A stretch of 64,000 nucleotides of DNA, from assembly GCF_054482595.1 (NCBI RefSeq), contig NZ_JBTHVH010000001.1. The stretch is one strand, 5' to 3'. Position numbers and translations under genes: made by a program. The notes below the pieces were generated by a model. That model was not told where the DNA came from. It saw only the letters and a list, made by a program, of their open reading frames with translations, and ran no database searches. Source of the stretch: a plasmid. Of this stretch, positions 18,492 through 27,543 are shown one piece after another; positions within the stretch are counted from its first letter, which is position 1, and every line of letters starts with the position of its first letter.

Positions 18492-19280
18492 TTACTGTGC
18501 CGCTTTGTTTAATTCATCAAGAACAGAATCAGGAACCAAAGCAGCAACTGCGCTGGCTGTGCTGGCCTTATTTGCTGATGCTTCCGCAAGCGCAGTACCG
18601 ATAGCATGGTTATAAGCAGTTATGGCTACATTGGCGCTTTCATTCGCTCGTTCATACTGCTGTTGTAACGCAGTTGTGGGTGCTGTTGTCTGGTTGAAAA
18701 CAACCCCAAACTGTTCAGTTGCTACTTTCAGAGATTCAATTTGCTCTTCTGTTAGTGCTGGTGGGGGAGTGGCAGTGCCGCCGCCTGAACCAGAGCCTGA
18801 CGAGCTTCCTGAGCCAGTGTTAAGGGTCTGGTTAATCTCCCCCATAGCAGCGACTAAACTTGATGTATTAAGCGCGTTTACAGCGTCCTCAAGCGATTTA
18901 GTAATAGTCACATCACCAATGGCAATAGAGATCGGCAGTTCTGAAACTTCTCGCTCATTAGCACGACAGTAAACATCCCAACCAATATCGAGTTGAAGGA
19001 GCATTGACAGATCAGCATAACCAGCCAACAGGTCCGCGTGCTTAGTTGCCAGTTCTCCAATGTTCGTTAAGCCGGTTGTGGTTGTTCTGATCGTTGAAAC
19101 ATAGCTGGTAATAGTGTCGGGATAGACAATTGTATCCAGAATTAATCCGGTCAATTCTTCTGCAAGCAGTTTTGCTGTGTTAGCACTGTTTCGTGCCGAT
19201 GTTATGGCACCAGGTGTTTTCATCCCACCGGCGGCGGCCAATTTTTTATATGCGGATAACTGGTAGTCTTTTTCCAGCAT
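18492..19280 (-). CDS. hypothetical protein with internal S/G-rich linker (P1 upfB position)
   Basis: ATG at 19280 after AGGAG. 262 aa. Confidence 0.6.
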   Translation of the reverse strand: MLEKDYQLSAYKKLAAAGGMKTPGAITSARNSANTAKLLAEELTGLILDTIVYPDTITSYVSTIRTTTTGLTNIGELATKHADLLAGYADLSMLLQLDIGWDVYCRANEREVSELPISIAIGDVTITKSLEDAVNALNTSSLVAAMGEINQTLNTGSGSSSGSGSGGGTATPPPALTEEQIESLKVATEQFGVVFNQTTAPTTALQQQYERANESANVAITAYNHAIGTALAEASANKASTASAVAALVPDSVLDELNKAAQ

Positions 19281-19288
19281 GATATCTC

Positions 19289-19573
19289 CTAACTTACCTG
19301 AACCAGGCCGTCTCCGGACGCTACGGTAGATCCGCATGAAACAGGGTCACCAACGCATACGATCCCTTTACCATTGACGGTAAACCATGCCCTGGTTGAT
19401 ATAGCTTGCCCACCGTGCGTACTGTTTCCATCGGTATGCTGTGCATATTGCTTACCATCAACTAACACTTCGACTCCGTTGACTTTAAGTAGTGCTTCAC
19501 TCTCTACAGGAGGCCTGGATGGGAATCCTCCGTGCCCCGAACAAATGCTGTCTTTTGTTGCAATACTTGCCAC
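19289..19573 (-). CDS. PAAR-like small protein (P1 upfC position)
   Basis: 94 aa. The G/C/H-rich pattern CSGHGG...HGG...GDPVSCGSTVASG resembles PAAR spike-tip proteins. Confidence 0.45.
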   Translation of the reverse strand: MASIATKDSICSGHGGFPSRPPVESEALLKVNGVEVLVDGKQYAQHTDGNSTHGGQAISTRAWFTVNGKGIVCVGDPVSCGSTVASGDGLVQVS

Positions 19574-19654
19574 GTTATCACCAATTATTTGCTCTGATTT
19601 TCGTTATTTTAACTCAGGTTGTTTGTGGTCTACATGGAGTTCAACTATTGCAAA

Positions 19655-19671
19655 ATTGCTCTAATAAATAT
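19655..19671 (+). promoter_or_regulatory. C1 operator upstream of uhr-hrdC-dmt
   Basis: ATTGCTCTAATAAATAT, 16/17. Confidence 0.8.
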
Positions 19672-20027
19672 TGTTTTTTATGTCGTATTTTCGGTACCAT
19701 TCAGCCATCGCCCTTCAATGGGCATTTGTTTGGAGTCGTCAGATGCAGATGGAGCTAATAAGCCGCAAAGAGTTCGATAGCCGTGTAACCAGCGGTGAAC
19801 TCGACAACTTGCAGGCTATCAAGGTGAAAGAAGGCTTTTGCCTCATTGGGAATCAGAGCGGAACAAATCGCGTTTTTATGCTTCGCCGTACGGATTTGAA
19901 GCCATTTGTCTGGAAGAACGAAATTGGTCCCAGCTCATACGCTCAAACGAGGGGGTGCCACAACCTGGCCTTTTTCTACAAAGACGAGCTTTCTGTGGTT
20001 GATATTCAAGGGTTACAACATGTTTAA
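19671..20027 (+). CDS. uhr: hypothetical protein upstream of hrdC
   Basis: ORF. The more likely start is ATG 19743 (GGAG upstream). Confidence 0.55.
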   Translation: MFFMSYFRYHSAIALQWAFVWSRQMQMELISRKEFDSRVTSGELDNLQAIKVKEGFCLIGNQSGTNRVFMLRRTDLKPFVWKNEIGPSSYAQTRGCHNLAFFYKDELSVVDIQGLQHV

Positions 20028-20925
20028 GCACTGGAAAAACATTACTATTTATAAACTTTCTCGTGAGGCGGATCTGACCGACTTAGAAGATAAAAAGAAA
20101 ATGATCCTTTTCACACCATGCGGTAGTCAGGATATGGCCAAGTTCGGTTTTGTATCTCCATTTGGTGATAATTCCGAAGTTATCGCTATGCATGGAAATG
20201 GTTTTATCCTTGTTGAAGCAAAGCGCGAAACAAAAATTCTTCCCCCGCCGGTTATCCAGCGAGCTATTCAAGAAAAAATTGAAAAACTTGAGCAAGAACA
20301 AGCGCGTAAACTGAAGAAAACAGAGAAGGACTCCCTGAAAGACGAAGTTCTGCATTCTCTTCTGCCACGGGCTTTTTCAAAGTTTTCTGTTATCCAGGCG
20401 ATCTACGACGGTTCAACTAAACGTATCTATATCAATGCCAGCGCGCGGCAGGCAGAGGATATGCTCGCGCTTATGCGTAAGTCTCTGGGTTCTCTTCCTG
20501 TTGTTCCCCTGAGTGTTGAAAATCCCATTGAATTAACGCTGACCGACTGGGTACGTGATGGTAGTGCTCCACAGGGATTTCAAATGGGGGATGCGGCAGA
20601 ACTTAAGGCAGTGCTTGAGGATGGCGGTATTGCCCGAGTGAAAAAGCAGGATTTGGGAAGCGATGAAATTTCCACACACCTGGAAGCTGGCAAGCTCGTT
20701 ACTAAGTTGGCACTCGACTGGCAGAACCGCATTAAATTTACACTGGACCATAACTTCAGCCTTACCAGCGTCAAATTTGCGGATGAATTGCTTGAGCAGA
20801 ACTCTGATATTGATAGTGAAGATGTTGCGCAGCGACTGGACGCAGATTTCTTCCTGTTGACCAGTGAAATTTCGTGCCTGGTTGATGCTCTGGTAAATGC
20901 CCTTGGTGGAGAGGCTAAGCAGTGA
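20020..20925 (+). CDS. hrdC: RdgC homologue
   Basis: [16 protein letters not shown]...[14 protein letters not shown] matches the RdgC N-terminus from memory. Confidence 0.85.
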   Translation: MFKHWKNITIYKLSREADLTDLEDKKKMILFTPCGSQDMAKFGFVSPFGDNSEVIAMHGNGFILVEAKRETKILPPPVIQRAIQEKIEKLEQEQARKLKKTEKDSLKDEVLHSLLPRAFSKFSVIQAIYDGSTKRIYINASARQAEDMLALMRKSLGSLPVVPLSVENPIELTLTDWVRDGSAPQGFQMGDAAELKAVLEDGGIARVKKQDLGSDEISTHLEAGKLVTKLALDWQNRIKFTLDHNFSLTSVKFADELLEQNSDIDSEDVAQRLDADFFLLTSEISCLVDALVNALGGEAKQ

Positions 20926-23186
20926 AAGAGCTGTGCTATGGATCTGTTTGCAGTGGAATTGAAGCCGCGAGTATTGCCTGGGAACCGTTGGGTATGCGTC
21001 CGGCGTGGTTTGCTGAAATCGAGCCTTTTCCATCTGCCGTTCTTGCGCACCGCTGGCCCCATGTCGCCAACCTTGGCGACATGACAAAACTTGCCAAAAA
21101 AGTCCTGGCTGAGGAAATCGAATCCCCTGATGTGCTCGTCGGGGGTACGCCTTGTCAGGCATTCAGTATCGCGGGCTTACGTGGTGGGCTTGATGATGAA
21201 CGCGGCGCGCTAACTTTGAAGTATGTGGAGCTTGCAAATGCAATTGACGACAAACGGTCTGAGTCCTTCCTCAAACCGACAGTTATCGTCTGGGAAAATG
21301 TCCCAGGAGTCCTGTCATCGGCAGATAACGCCTTCGGATGTTTCCTTGCCGGATTGGCTGGAGAAGATGCGCCATTCGAACCAGGTGATCGACCTGAATC
21401 AGGAAAAAGTAACTCGTTCTGGCGGTGGGATGTCAAAACCGGTTGCCATGCTCCAAAGTGGCCGCAGTGTGGTTGTATTTATGGACCGCAGCGAAAGGTG
21501 GCCTGGAGAATCCTTGATGCCCAATACTTCGGAGTGGCACAACGACGCCGACGCGTGTTTGTTGTCGCAAGTGCTCGAACAGACCTCGATCCCGCAACGG
21601 TACTTTTTGAGTTCGAAGGCGTGCGCCGGAATATTGCGCCGAGCCGAAAAAAGAAGGAAATCGCTTCCGCCATTATTGCAAATGGCGCTGCAATCAGTGG
21701 CGAAAGCCTAAATCCATGCCTACACGCTGACATGCCACCCGGTATGAAATCGACGAAAGCCGTAAACGCTTTCAGGATGGCAGCATTTGGGGAATATATT
21801 GACGATGAAACCGCATCGACAGTAAAGGCAAGAGATTTTAAAGATGCCACTGACCTTGCCGTTTTTAGCAGCACAGGAGCAGGTTTTTGGTCAGAAGGGC
21901 ATGGTACATTGCGGGCACGTGAGCAAGAAAGCCATGAGCATCTTGTTACATTGGCTTTTCCTGAGCGTATGAGCGGTACACAACATGCTGCAACTAAGAA
22001 TACTTCACCATCTCTAATGGCTAAAAATCCAACAGCTGTTTGCTATGAAGTAAGAAACGCAGAAGTAGCTGTCCGCCGTCTTACCCCTGTCGAATGTGAA
22101 AGGCTGCAAGGTTTTCCTGATGGGCATACGTTGATCCCGACGGAAAAGCGTAAAAAAGTTAATTCAGATGAACTGGCATATCTTCGCAATCACTATCCAG
22201 ATTTAAGCGAAGAAGAGGCCGCGATGCTTGCAGCTGACGGACCGCGTTACAAAGCGATCGGCAATAGTATGGCAATACCAGTAATGCGCTGGATTGGCGA
22301 TCGGATTACTAAGGCCGTATGTCGGCAGAAAGAAGGAAGTGAAACAAAAGAGCGAAAAGTTAAACCAGCGGCAGAATTCGAACGGTCCATATTCAAATGG
22401 GCTGGTGGAAAATTTGGTGTTCTGGAACAAATCTTTCGCTATTTGCCAGAAGGGAAGCGCCTGATTGAACCTTTCGTTGGTGGCGGAGCTGTCTTCATGA
22501 ATGCCGGATACCAGGAAAATCTGCTAAATGATGTGAATGCTGACCTGATTAACTTTTACAAGACTCTGCAACGCGAGGCGAATTCACTTATCACTCTGGC
22601 ACATCGTTTCTTCCAGGACTACAACACACAGGAAGGATACCTGGCAGTACGGAATGCGTTTAACAAACAAGTCTATGATGATTTACATCGCGCAGCGGCG
22701 TTTTTGTTCCTGAACCGACATTGTTTTAACGGATTGACGCGTTACAACCAGGCCGGTGAGTTCAATGTCGGTTATGGGAAGTATAAAACTCCGTATTTCC
22801 CATTACAGGAGATGGAAGCCTTCCTCGGTGCGGAAGGGCGGTCTGAGTTTGTATGCGGTGATTTTGCAGCGGTGATTGAAGCTGCCGGAGAAGGAGATGT
22901 TATCTTTTGCGATCCGCCGTATGAACCGCTTCCAAATACAGAGGGATTCACGAACTATTCCGGTCATGACTTTAAGTTTGAAGAGCAAAAACGCCTGGTG
23001 TCTCTGTTGACGGATGCTCATCGTCGAGGTGCAAAGGTTCTCATTACTAACAGTGGCGCGCCAAACATCAGAGAGCTTTATCATGACAGTGGCTTCAGAG
23101 TGGAACCTCTTTTTGCCAGACGTTCTGTGTCTTGTAAGGGGGACACTCGAGGTGTAGCTCATGACGTTTTGGGCATATTGCTCTAA
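20922..23186 (+). CDS. dmt: bifunctional DNA methyltransferase (C5-cytosine-type N-half, Dam-type N6-adenine C-half)
   Basis: 754 aa. GGTPCQAFS and ENV motifs in the N-half; FCDPPY in the C-half. Confidence 0.9.
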   Translation: MKELCYGSVCSGIEAASIAWEPLGMRPAWFAEIEPFPSAVLAHRWPHVANLGDMTKLAKKVLAEEIESPDVLVGGTPCQAFSIAGLRGGLDDERGALTLKYVELANAIDDKRSESFLKPTVIVWENVPGVLSSADNAFGCFLAGLAGEDAPFEPGDRPESGKSNSFWRWDVKTGCHAPKWPQCGCIYGPQRKVAWRILDAQYFGVAQRRRRVFVVASARTDLDPATVLFEFEGVRRNIAPSRKKKEIASAIIANGAAISGESLNPCLHADMPPGMKSTKAVNAFRMAAFGEYIDDETASTVKARDFKDATDLAVFSSTGAGFWSEGHGTLRAREQESHEHLVTLAFPERMSGTQHAATKNTSPSLMAKNPTAVCYEVRNAEVAVRRLTPVECERLQGFPDGHTLIPTEKRKKVNSDELAYLRNHYPDLSEEEAAMLAADGPRYKAIGNSMAIPVMRWIGDRITKAVCRQKEGSETKERKVKPAAEFERSIFKWAGGKFGVLEQIFRYLPEGKRLIEPFVGGGAVFMNAGYQENLLNDVNADLINFYKTLQREANSLITLAHRFFQDYNTQEGYLAVRNAFNKQVYDDLHRAAAFLFLNRHCFNGLTRYNQAGEFNVGYGKYKTPYFPLQEMEAFLGAEGRSEFVCGDFAAVIEAAGEGDVIFCDPPYEPLPNTEGFTNYSGHDFKFEEQKRLVSLLTDAHRRGAKVLITNSGAPNIRELYHDSGFRVEPLFARRSVSCKGDTRGVAHDVLGILL

Positions 23187-23204
23187 TAAATTTATTAGTG
23201 TAAT
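23177..23204. promoter_or_regulatory. overlapping inverted pair of C1 operators
   Basis: ATTGCTCTAATAAATTT (17/17) overlapping the reverse ATTACACTAATAAATTT. TAATAT -10-like hexamer at 23201. Confidence 0.8.
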
Positions 23205-23209
23205 ATCGC

Positions 23210-23392
23210 CCCAATGAATCGTGATTTATAGAGCGATTTAGCTGTTAGCCGCGACAGGCGCGGCGGTAAGCATGGCTGGGCCTAGTCCTCCCAGACAAAC
23301 CACCGAGTTGCCAGGTTGACCATGCGCCTAAGTGGCAACGCCGAAGTGCGTTACGAGCTTCCAGTTTGCCCATCTTCGGGTGGGCGTTTTTT
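23210..23392 (+). ncRNA. candidate C1-controlled structured RNA ending in a strong terminator
   Basis: Hairpins GCCGCG/CGCGGC (23249-23265), CTGGG/CCCAG (23274-23294), GTTGCCA/TGGCAAC (23308-23338). Terminator GCCCATC-TTCG-GGTGGGC plus T6 at 23368-23392. No credible ORF. Confidence 0.45.
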
Positions 23393-23573
23393 CAGGGTTT
23401 TCGTCATGGTTAGCGACTTTGCGGCGGTTTAGAAACTGACCATTAAAGTAAATGCAAACGATGATCTGATGATGGTAGCGGCCTAAGAAACCAGATGCCA
23501 CGGGGTATGAGTCGTCCCCCGTCAAAAAAATCGACCGCAGAGTGTCCCCGTCTGTGTATTAGGGAACGGGGAG

Positions 23574-23656
23574 GCACAACAGGTAAGGGCGCTGGTGTGA
23601 TTAACCAGATGAACGAGAAGGGGCCATCTGTTGGTCAGCGTCCTTTCCTGTTGCGT
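23574..23656 (+). ncRNA. structured hairpin unit A of a four-member family
   Basis: Arms 23578-23594 and 23636-23652 pair over 17 bp (one mismatch, one G-T). Shares the base ACAGGTAAG/CTTTCC-GTT with units B and D. Confidence 0.45.
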
Positions 23657-23858
23657 TTTCTTTTCAGCGTAACAGCGGTGCTTAACAGCACTTTGGGTAC
23701 AGTTCCACGAATTTACGGGTATATCCCGTCATGCTGAAGGCGCTAATCACGCTGGAAGCCAGGGTTGTGCATCCCCTGTTACCGAATTGCAGCCAGGGCG
23801 CGGTGCGCCGAAAAGCATACGGAGGTGGAAGCCCTCGCCGGAGACGTACCCGGCAAGT

Positions 23859-23934
23859 GATGGTGTAGCTCAGCGGTTAGAGCGGTTGACTGTTAATCAA
23901 CGGGTCGATGGTTCAAATCCATCCACCATCGCCA
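23859..23934 (+). tRNA. trnA: tRNA-Asn (GTT)
   Basis: Manual cloverleaf: acceptor GATGGTG/CACCATC, anticodon loop CTGTTAA, T-loop GGTTCAAATCC, encoded CCA. Confidence 0.9.
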
Positions 23935-23936
23935 AT

Positions 23937-24012
23937 GCCGGTTTAGCTCAGTTGGTAGAGCGCCTGCCTTGTAAGCAGGATGTCAGCGGTTCGAGTCCGT
24001 TAATCGGCACCA
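23937..24012 (+). tRNA. trnT: tRNA-Thr (TGT)
   Basis: Acceptor GCCGGTT/AATCGGC (one G-T), anticodon loop CTTGTAA, T-loop GGTTCGAGTCC, encoded CCA. Confidence 0.9.
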
Positions 24013-24110
24013 GCACAACAGGTAAGGGTATTTTGCGACGTCGGAGATCGCCGAGCTTGGCAGAGGGTTCGAATCCCTACGAAGTACCCTTACCGTTGTG
24101 ATGAAGTGCA
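24013..24110 (+). ncRNA. hairpin unit B with tRNA-like interior, beginning at the base after the tRNA-Thr CCA (stem starts at 24016)
   Basis: 14-bp stem 24016-24030/24085-24098 with a bulged A. Interior has GCGA-N9-TCGC and a canonical T-arm AGGGTTCGAATCCCT. No D-arm. Confidence 0.5.
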
Positions 24111-24235
24111 GCTCTTTGAAGCAACCAGAAGATAAGCATCTGGCTTCACAACATAAACCGCAGGAACGACCAATAAACGGTAGTCCGTATGGAGAACACC
24201 CCGTTGAGGAAGAGGCCTGGCCGGAACCGTAACCG

Positions 24236-24345
24236 GCACTACAACGTTGAGAACACTGGCGTAACGGGGTCATATCCCAATCTACGAATAAATGTTGCGT
24301 TGCAGCGTGACAACCAGTGTTCTCAACATTGTGGTGAATGCACAG
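24236..24345 (+). ncRNA. hairpin unit C
   Basis: 19-bp stem 24241-24259/24314-24332. Interior motif GTAACGGGGTCATATCCCAATCTAC. 3' tail GGTGAATGC. Confidence 0.45.
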
Positions 24346-24510
24346 GCTGATGTGCCGCAACTACAGTAGTGCGCGCTTTGCGGGGCTTGCTACAACCCTG
24401 TGTCGGAGTTCAGCACCGACCATCACAGTTTGATTCTCTGGCATGAGCATAACGCTGAAATAAGTCCAGCCTGGTGCGGCCCGATCACCCGCCGTTAGCT
24501 CCACGAAACG

Positions 24511-24605
24511 GAGCACGTAACAGGTAAGAGCATTCTCCTGTAACGGGTTCATATCCCAATCTACAGGTCCACCAAGAATGCTCTTTCCGTTGCGGTGAAT
24601 GCGGC
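24511..24605 (+). ncRNA. hairpin unit D
   Basis: Stem 24518-24536/24575-24592. The interior GTAACGGGTTCATATCCCAATCTAC is near-identical to unit C. 3' tail GGTGAATGC. Confidence 0.45.
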
Positions 24606-24744
24606 TAAGCACACGCGGGGAAATGGTTATATCAGTCCATTCATTTCTCCTTGTTTCCCCGTCCACGGTGGATAACCAGCCAAAGGACACCGGGAGGCAC
24701 CCGGCACCGCAGCTTTTTTATTCGTTAAATAATGGAGTGAGAGG

Positions 24745-24981
24745 ATGCAGAACAATCCGAACAAATGTCGAACGCTATGGGTGCGGTTATATATTTATGC
24801 CGTCCTCTGTTTGATTGTGTCACTGGTTCTGTATGTTTGGCTTTTGCCAAATATGATCTCATCTAACAGCACAATACTTGTATTGTTGGGAGTCCTTCTC
24901 GCGCTCATTTACCCGGCTTTCGCAGTAGTCTTTTTTCGTGAAAAAACCAGGAAATTAATTAATGAAAAAAACGTTGATTAG
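24745..24981 (+). CDS. small two-TM membrane protein
   Basis: 78 aa with two hydrophobic helices. Overlaps the next gene by 20 nt. Confidence 0.6.
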   Translation: MQNNPNKCRTLWVRLYIYAVLCLIVSLVLYVWLLPNMISSNSTILVLLGVLLALIYPAFAVVFFREKTRKLINEKNVD

Positions 24982-25789
24982 TGCAGCGATTATTTTGGGT
25001 TCTTTATGTCTGACCGGATGCGATCGGGTAGAGCCAGGTAACGTAGGGATCAAAGTAAATAAGCTGGGGGATGATAAAGGTATCGGTGAAGTAGTTGGCG
25101 TTGGTCGCTACTGGACAGGCTTGAATACTGAAGTTTATATCTTCCCGACCTTTAAGCAAATGAAGACATACGATGAGCCGTTCAGCTTCCAGATGAGCGA
25201 CGGAACAACCATTGGTTACCACATCGGCGTAGCCTACAAGGTTGATCCAGCAAAAGTCACAACGGTATTTCAGACCTATCGCAAAGGTGTAGATGATATT
25301 ACTGATACCGATCTACGCCAGAAGGTTGCAGATGCTCTGAACCGGTTAGCCAGCAAAATGACCACCGACAAATTTATCGACGGTGGCAAATCTGAATTGC
25401 TTGATGCAGCCCTTAAAGACATTCAGGAAGAAATGACGCCAATCGGCATTCAGGTGATGAGCCTCTCTTATGTAGGTAAGCCAGAATACCCGCCAACAGT
25501 TATTGACAGTATTAACGCCAAAGTCACGGCAAACCAAAAAACCCTGCAACGCGAGCAAGAGGTCAAACAACGTGAAGCAGAGGCCAACATGCTGCGCGCG
25601 GAAGCTGCCGGACAGGCTGATGCTATTCGCACAAAAGCCCAGGCCGAAGCTGATGCCATTCGTTTACGTGGTGAAGCTCTGCGCCAGAACCCCGGTGTTA
25701 TGGAGTTGGAAGCGATCAACAAATGGAACGGTACATTACCGCAGTATATGACCAGTAATACCGCTGTTCCGTTTGTTCCGGTGAAATAA
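24962..25789 (+). CDS. SPFH/band-7 family lipoprotein
   Basis: Lipobox CLTGC. SPFH-like core. C-terminal A/E/Q/R coiled coil. Confidence 0.75.
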   Translation: MKKTLISAAIILGSLCLTGCDRVEPGNVGIKVNKLGDDKGIGEVVGVGRYWTGLNTEVYIFPTFKQMKTYDEPFSFQMSDGTTIGYHIGVAYKVDPAKVTTVFQTYRKGVDDITDTDLRQKVADALNRLASKMTTDKFIDGGKSELLDAALKDIQEEMTPIGIQVMSLSYVGKPEYPPTVIDSINAKVTANQKTLQREQEVKQREAEANMLRAEAAGQADAIRTKAQAEADAIRLRGEALRQNPGVMELEAINKWNGTLPQYMTSNTAVPFVPVK

Positions 25790-25816
25790 AAGCGTAAGCA
25801 AAATTGGCAGTAATCC

Positions 25817-25892
25817 GGCCCTTTAGCTCAGTGGTTAGAGCTGGCGACTCATAATCGCACGGTCACCGGTTCAAGTCCGGTAGGGGCCACCA
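25817..25892 (+). tRNA. tRNA with CAT anticodon (Met or lysidine-type Ile; the P1 counterpart is annotated trnI)
   Basis: Acceptor GGCCCTT/AGGGGCC, anticodon loop CTCATAA, T-loop GGTTCAAGTCC, CCA. Confidence 0.85.
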
Positions 25893-26178
25893 TATTTGGT
25901 TGTAACACGGCGTCTGGCACATGCGTCGTTAGCGGTCTGGTGACGTTAAAAGGGGGGAACCTTGCCCCTAGCTCAGGCAACGAACCAGGTAGCCGGAATG
26001 TGCAAGCCACCGTTTGTTGTTTCTCGGGTAAAGGGATTCACCATCCTGGCGATTCGGTGTGACAGCCGGGAAAAGTCCGGCGCATTAATCCTGATTTTCT
26101 GGTGATGACTCATATCGTTAGGAGTGATTTGAGTATGCCGATTATATCTGACATTCAGCACGCCTGGGTGGAGTGCTA

Positions 26179-27543
26179 ATGTCTGCATCCCCTCTTGAAT
26201 CCATGCCAAATTCCCTTAGTGCAGAACAAGCTGTACTTGGTGGCTTAATGCTTGATAACTGCCGCTGGGATGAAGTTGCAGATCGTATAGTTGCTGATGA
26301 TTTTTATACCAGTGCTCATCGTGAAATTTTCAGTGAGATGGAGAGGTTATTAAGTCATGGCAAACCGATTGATTTGATAACACTTGCTGAAGCACTTGAA
26401 CAGAACGGTAAATTAGAACGCGCCGGTGGTTTTGCGTACCTTGCGGAGATGTCAAAGAACACGCCCAGCGCGGCAAATATTTGTGCTTATGCGGATATCG
26501 TTCGTGAACGCGCGGTTGTTCGTGAAATGATTTCCGTCGCAAATGAAATAGCCGAAGCTGGATATGCGCAGGATGGCAGGGGCAGCAATGAATTGCTGGA
26601 TATGGCCGAGCGTCGCGTTTTTGAAATAGCTGAAAAACGACAAAAGAGCGGTAGTGGTCCAAAAGATATCGCCAGCATTCTCGATGCGACGGTATCTCGC
26701 ATAGAAGAGTTGTTTCAGCGACCACATGATGGTGTAACGGGGCTTGATACGGGATTTACCGATCTCAATAAGAAGACGGCAGGGCTTCAGCCGTCCGATC
26801 TCATCATTGTCGCCGCCCGCCCATCTATGGGGAAGACCACGTTTGCGATGAATCTCGTCGAAAATGCCGCAGTTCGTAACGATAAGCCCGTATTGGTTTT
26901 TAGCCTTGAGATGCCGAGCCACCAGCTGATGATGCGCTCACTGGCTTCTCTTGCACGCGTTGATCAGACTCGTATTCGGACAGGGCAACTTAACGACGAG
27001 GATTGGGCGCGGGTTTCTGGCGCAATGGGTATTCTGTTGGACAAGCAGAATATTTTTATTGATGACTCAAGCGCCCTGACGCCGACAGAGCTACGTTCCC
27101 GCGCTCGTCGTGTTTATAAAGAAAATGGTGGTTTGAGCATGATTATGATCGACTACCTGCAACTTATGCGCGTCCCCGAGCTGCAAGATAACCGAACGCT
27201 GGAAATTGCCGAGATTTCTCGCTCACTGAAGGCGTTGGCGAAGGAATTACAAGTACCGGTGGTGGCATTGTCACAACTTAATCGATCGCTTGAACAGCGT
27301 GCGGACAAACGACCGGTAAATTCAGATTTACGTGAATCAGGAGCAATTGAGCAGGACGCAGACCTGATTATGTTTCTGTATCGCGACGAAGTTTATCACC
27401 CGGATAGCGAAATGAAGGGCATTGCCGAGGTAATTATCGGAAAGCAACGAAATGGCCCAATTGGCACGGTGAGATTGGCTTTTAACGGCCAATACTCACG
27501 GTTTGATAACTATGCCGGTGCTGACTGGCAAGAGGATTATTAA
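26179..27543 (+). CDS. ban: DnaB-family replicative helicase Ban
   Basis: Walker A ARPSMGKTT and DnaB motifs. ATG 26179 after GGTGGAG. Confidence 0.9.
   Translation: MSASPLESMPNSLSAEQAVLGGLMLDNCRWDEVADRIVADDFYTSAHREIFSEMERLLSHGKPIDLITLAEALEQNGKLERAGGFAYLAEMSKNTPSAANICAYADIVRERAVVREMISVANEIAEAGYAQDGRGSNELLDMAERRVFEIAEKRQKSGSGPKDIASILDATVSRIEELFQRPHDGVTGLDTGFTDLNKKTAGLQPSDLIIVAARPSMGKTTFAMNLVENAAVRNDKPVLVFSLEMPSHQLMMRSLASLARVDQTRIRTGQLNDEDWARVSGAMGILLDKQNIFIDDSSALTPTELRSRARRVYKENGGLSMIMIDYLQLMRVPELQDNRTLEIAEISRSLKALAKELQVPVVALSQLNRSLEQRADKRPVNSDLRESGAIEQDADLIMFLYRDEVYHPDSEMKGIAEVIIGKQRNGPIGTVRLAFNGQYSRFDNYAGADWQEDY

Noticed and set aside
20533-21162. 209-aa and 160-aa minus-strand ORFs
   Set aside because: They are antisense to hrdC and dmt, whose identity is supported by RdgC-like and methyltransferase motifs.
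23787-24101. 104-aa plus-strand ORF
   Set aside because: It reads straight through tRNA-Asn, tRNA-Thr and the tRNA-like hairpin. It is an artefact of an ORF-free structured region.
23578-24530. CAGGTAAG at the hairpin bases resembling a eukaryotic 5' splice site, or a group I/II intron
   Set aside because: There are no intron catalytic-domain features or intron-encoded ORF. The motif is explained by base-pairing with CTTWCCGTTG.
23983-24690. Two abutting minus-strand ORFs (125 and 109 aa) that could be read as one interrupted gene
   Set aside because: The second 'start' is a TTG immediately after the stop. The composition is C/S/R/G-rich. The repeated peptide VDWDM(N/T)PL simply mirrors the repeated hairpin DNA. 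One ORF overlaps tRNA-Thr.
26330-26922. Minus-strand ORFs of 131, 156 and 71 aa
   Set aside because: They are antisense within the DnaB-family ban gene.
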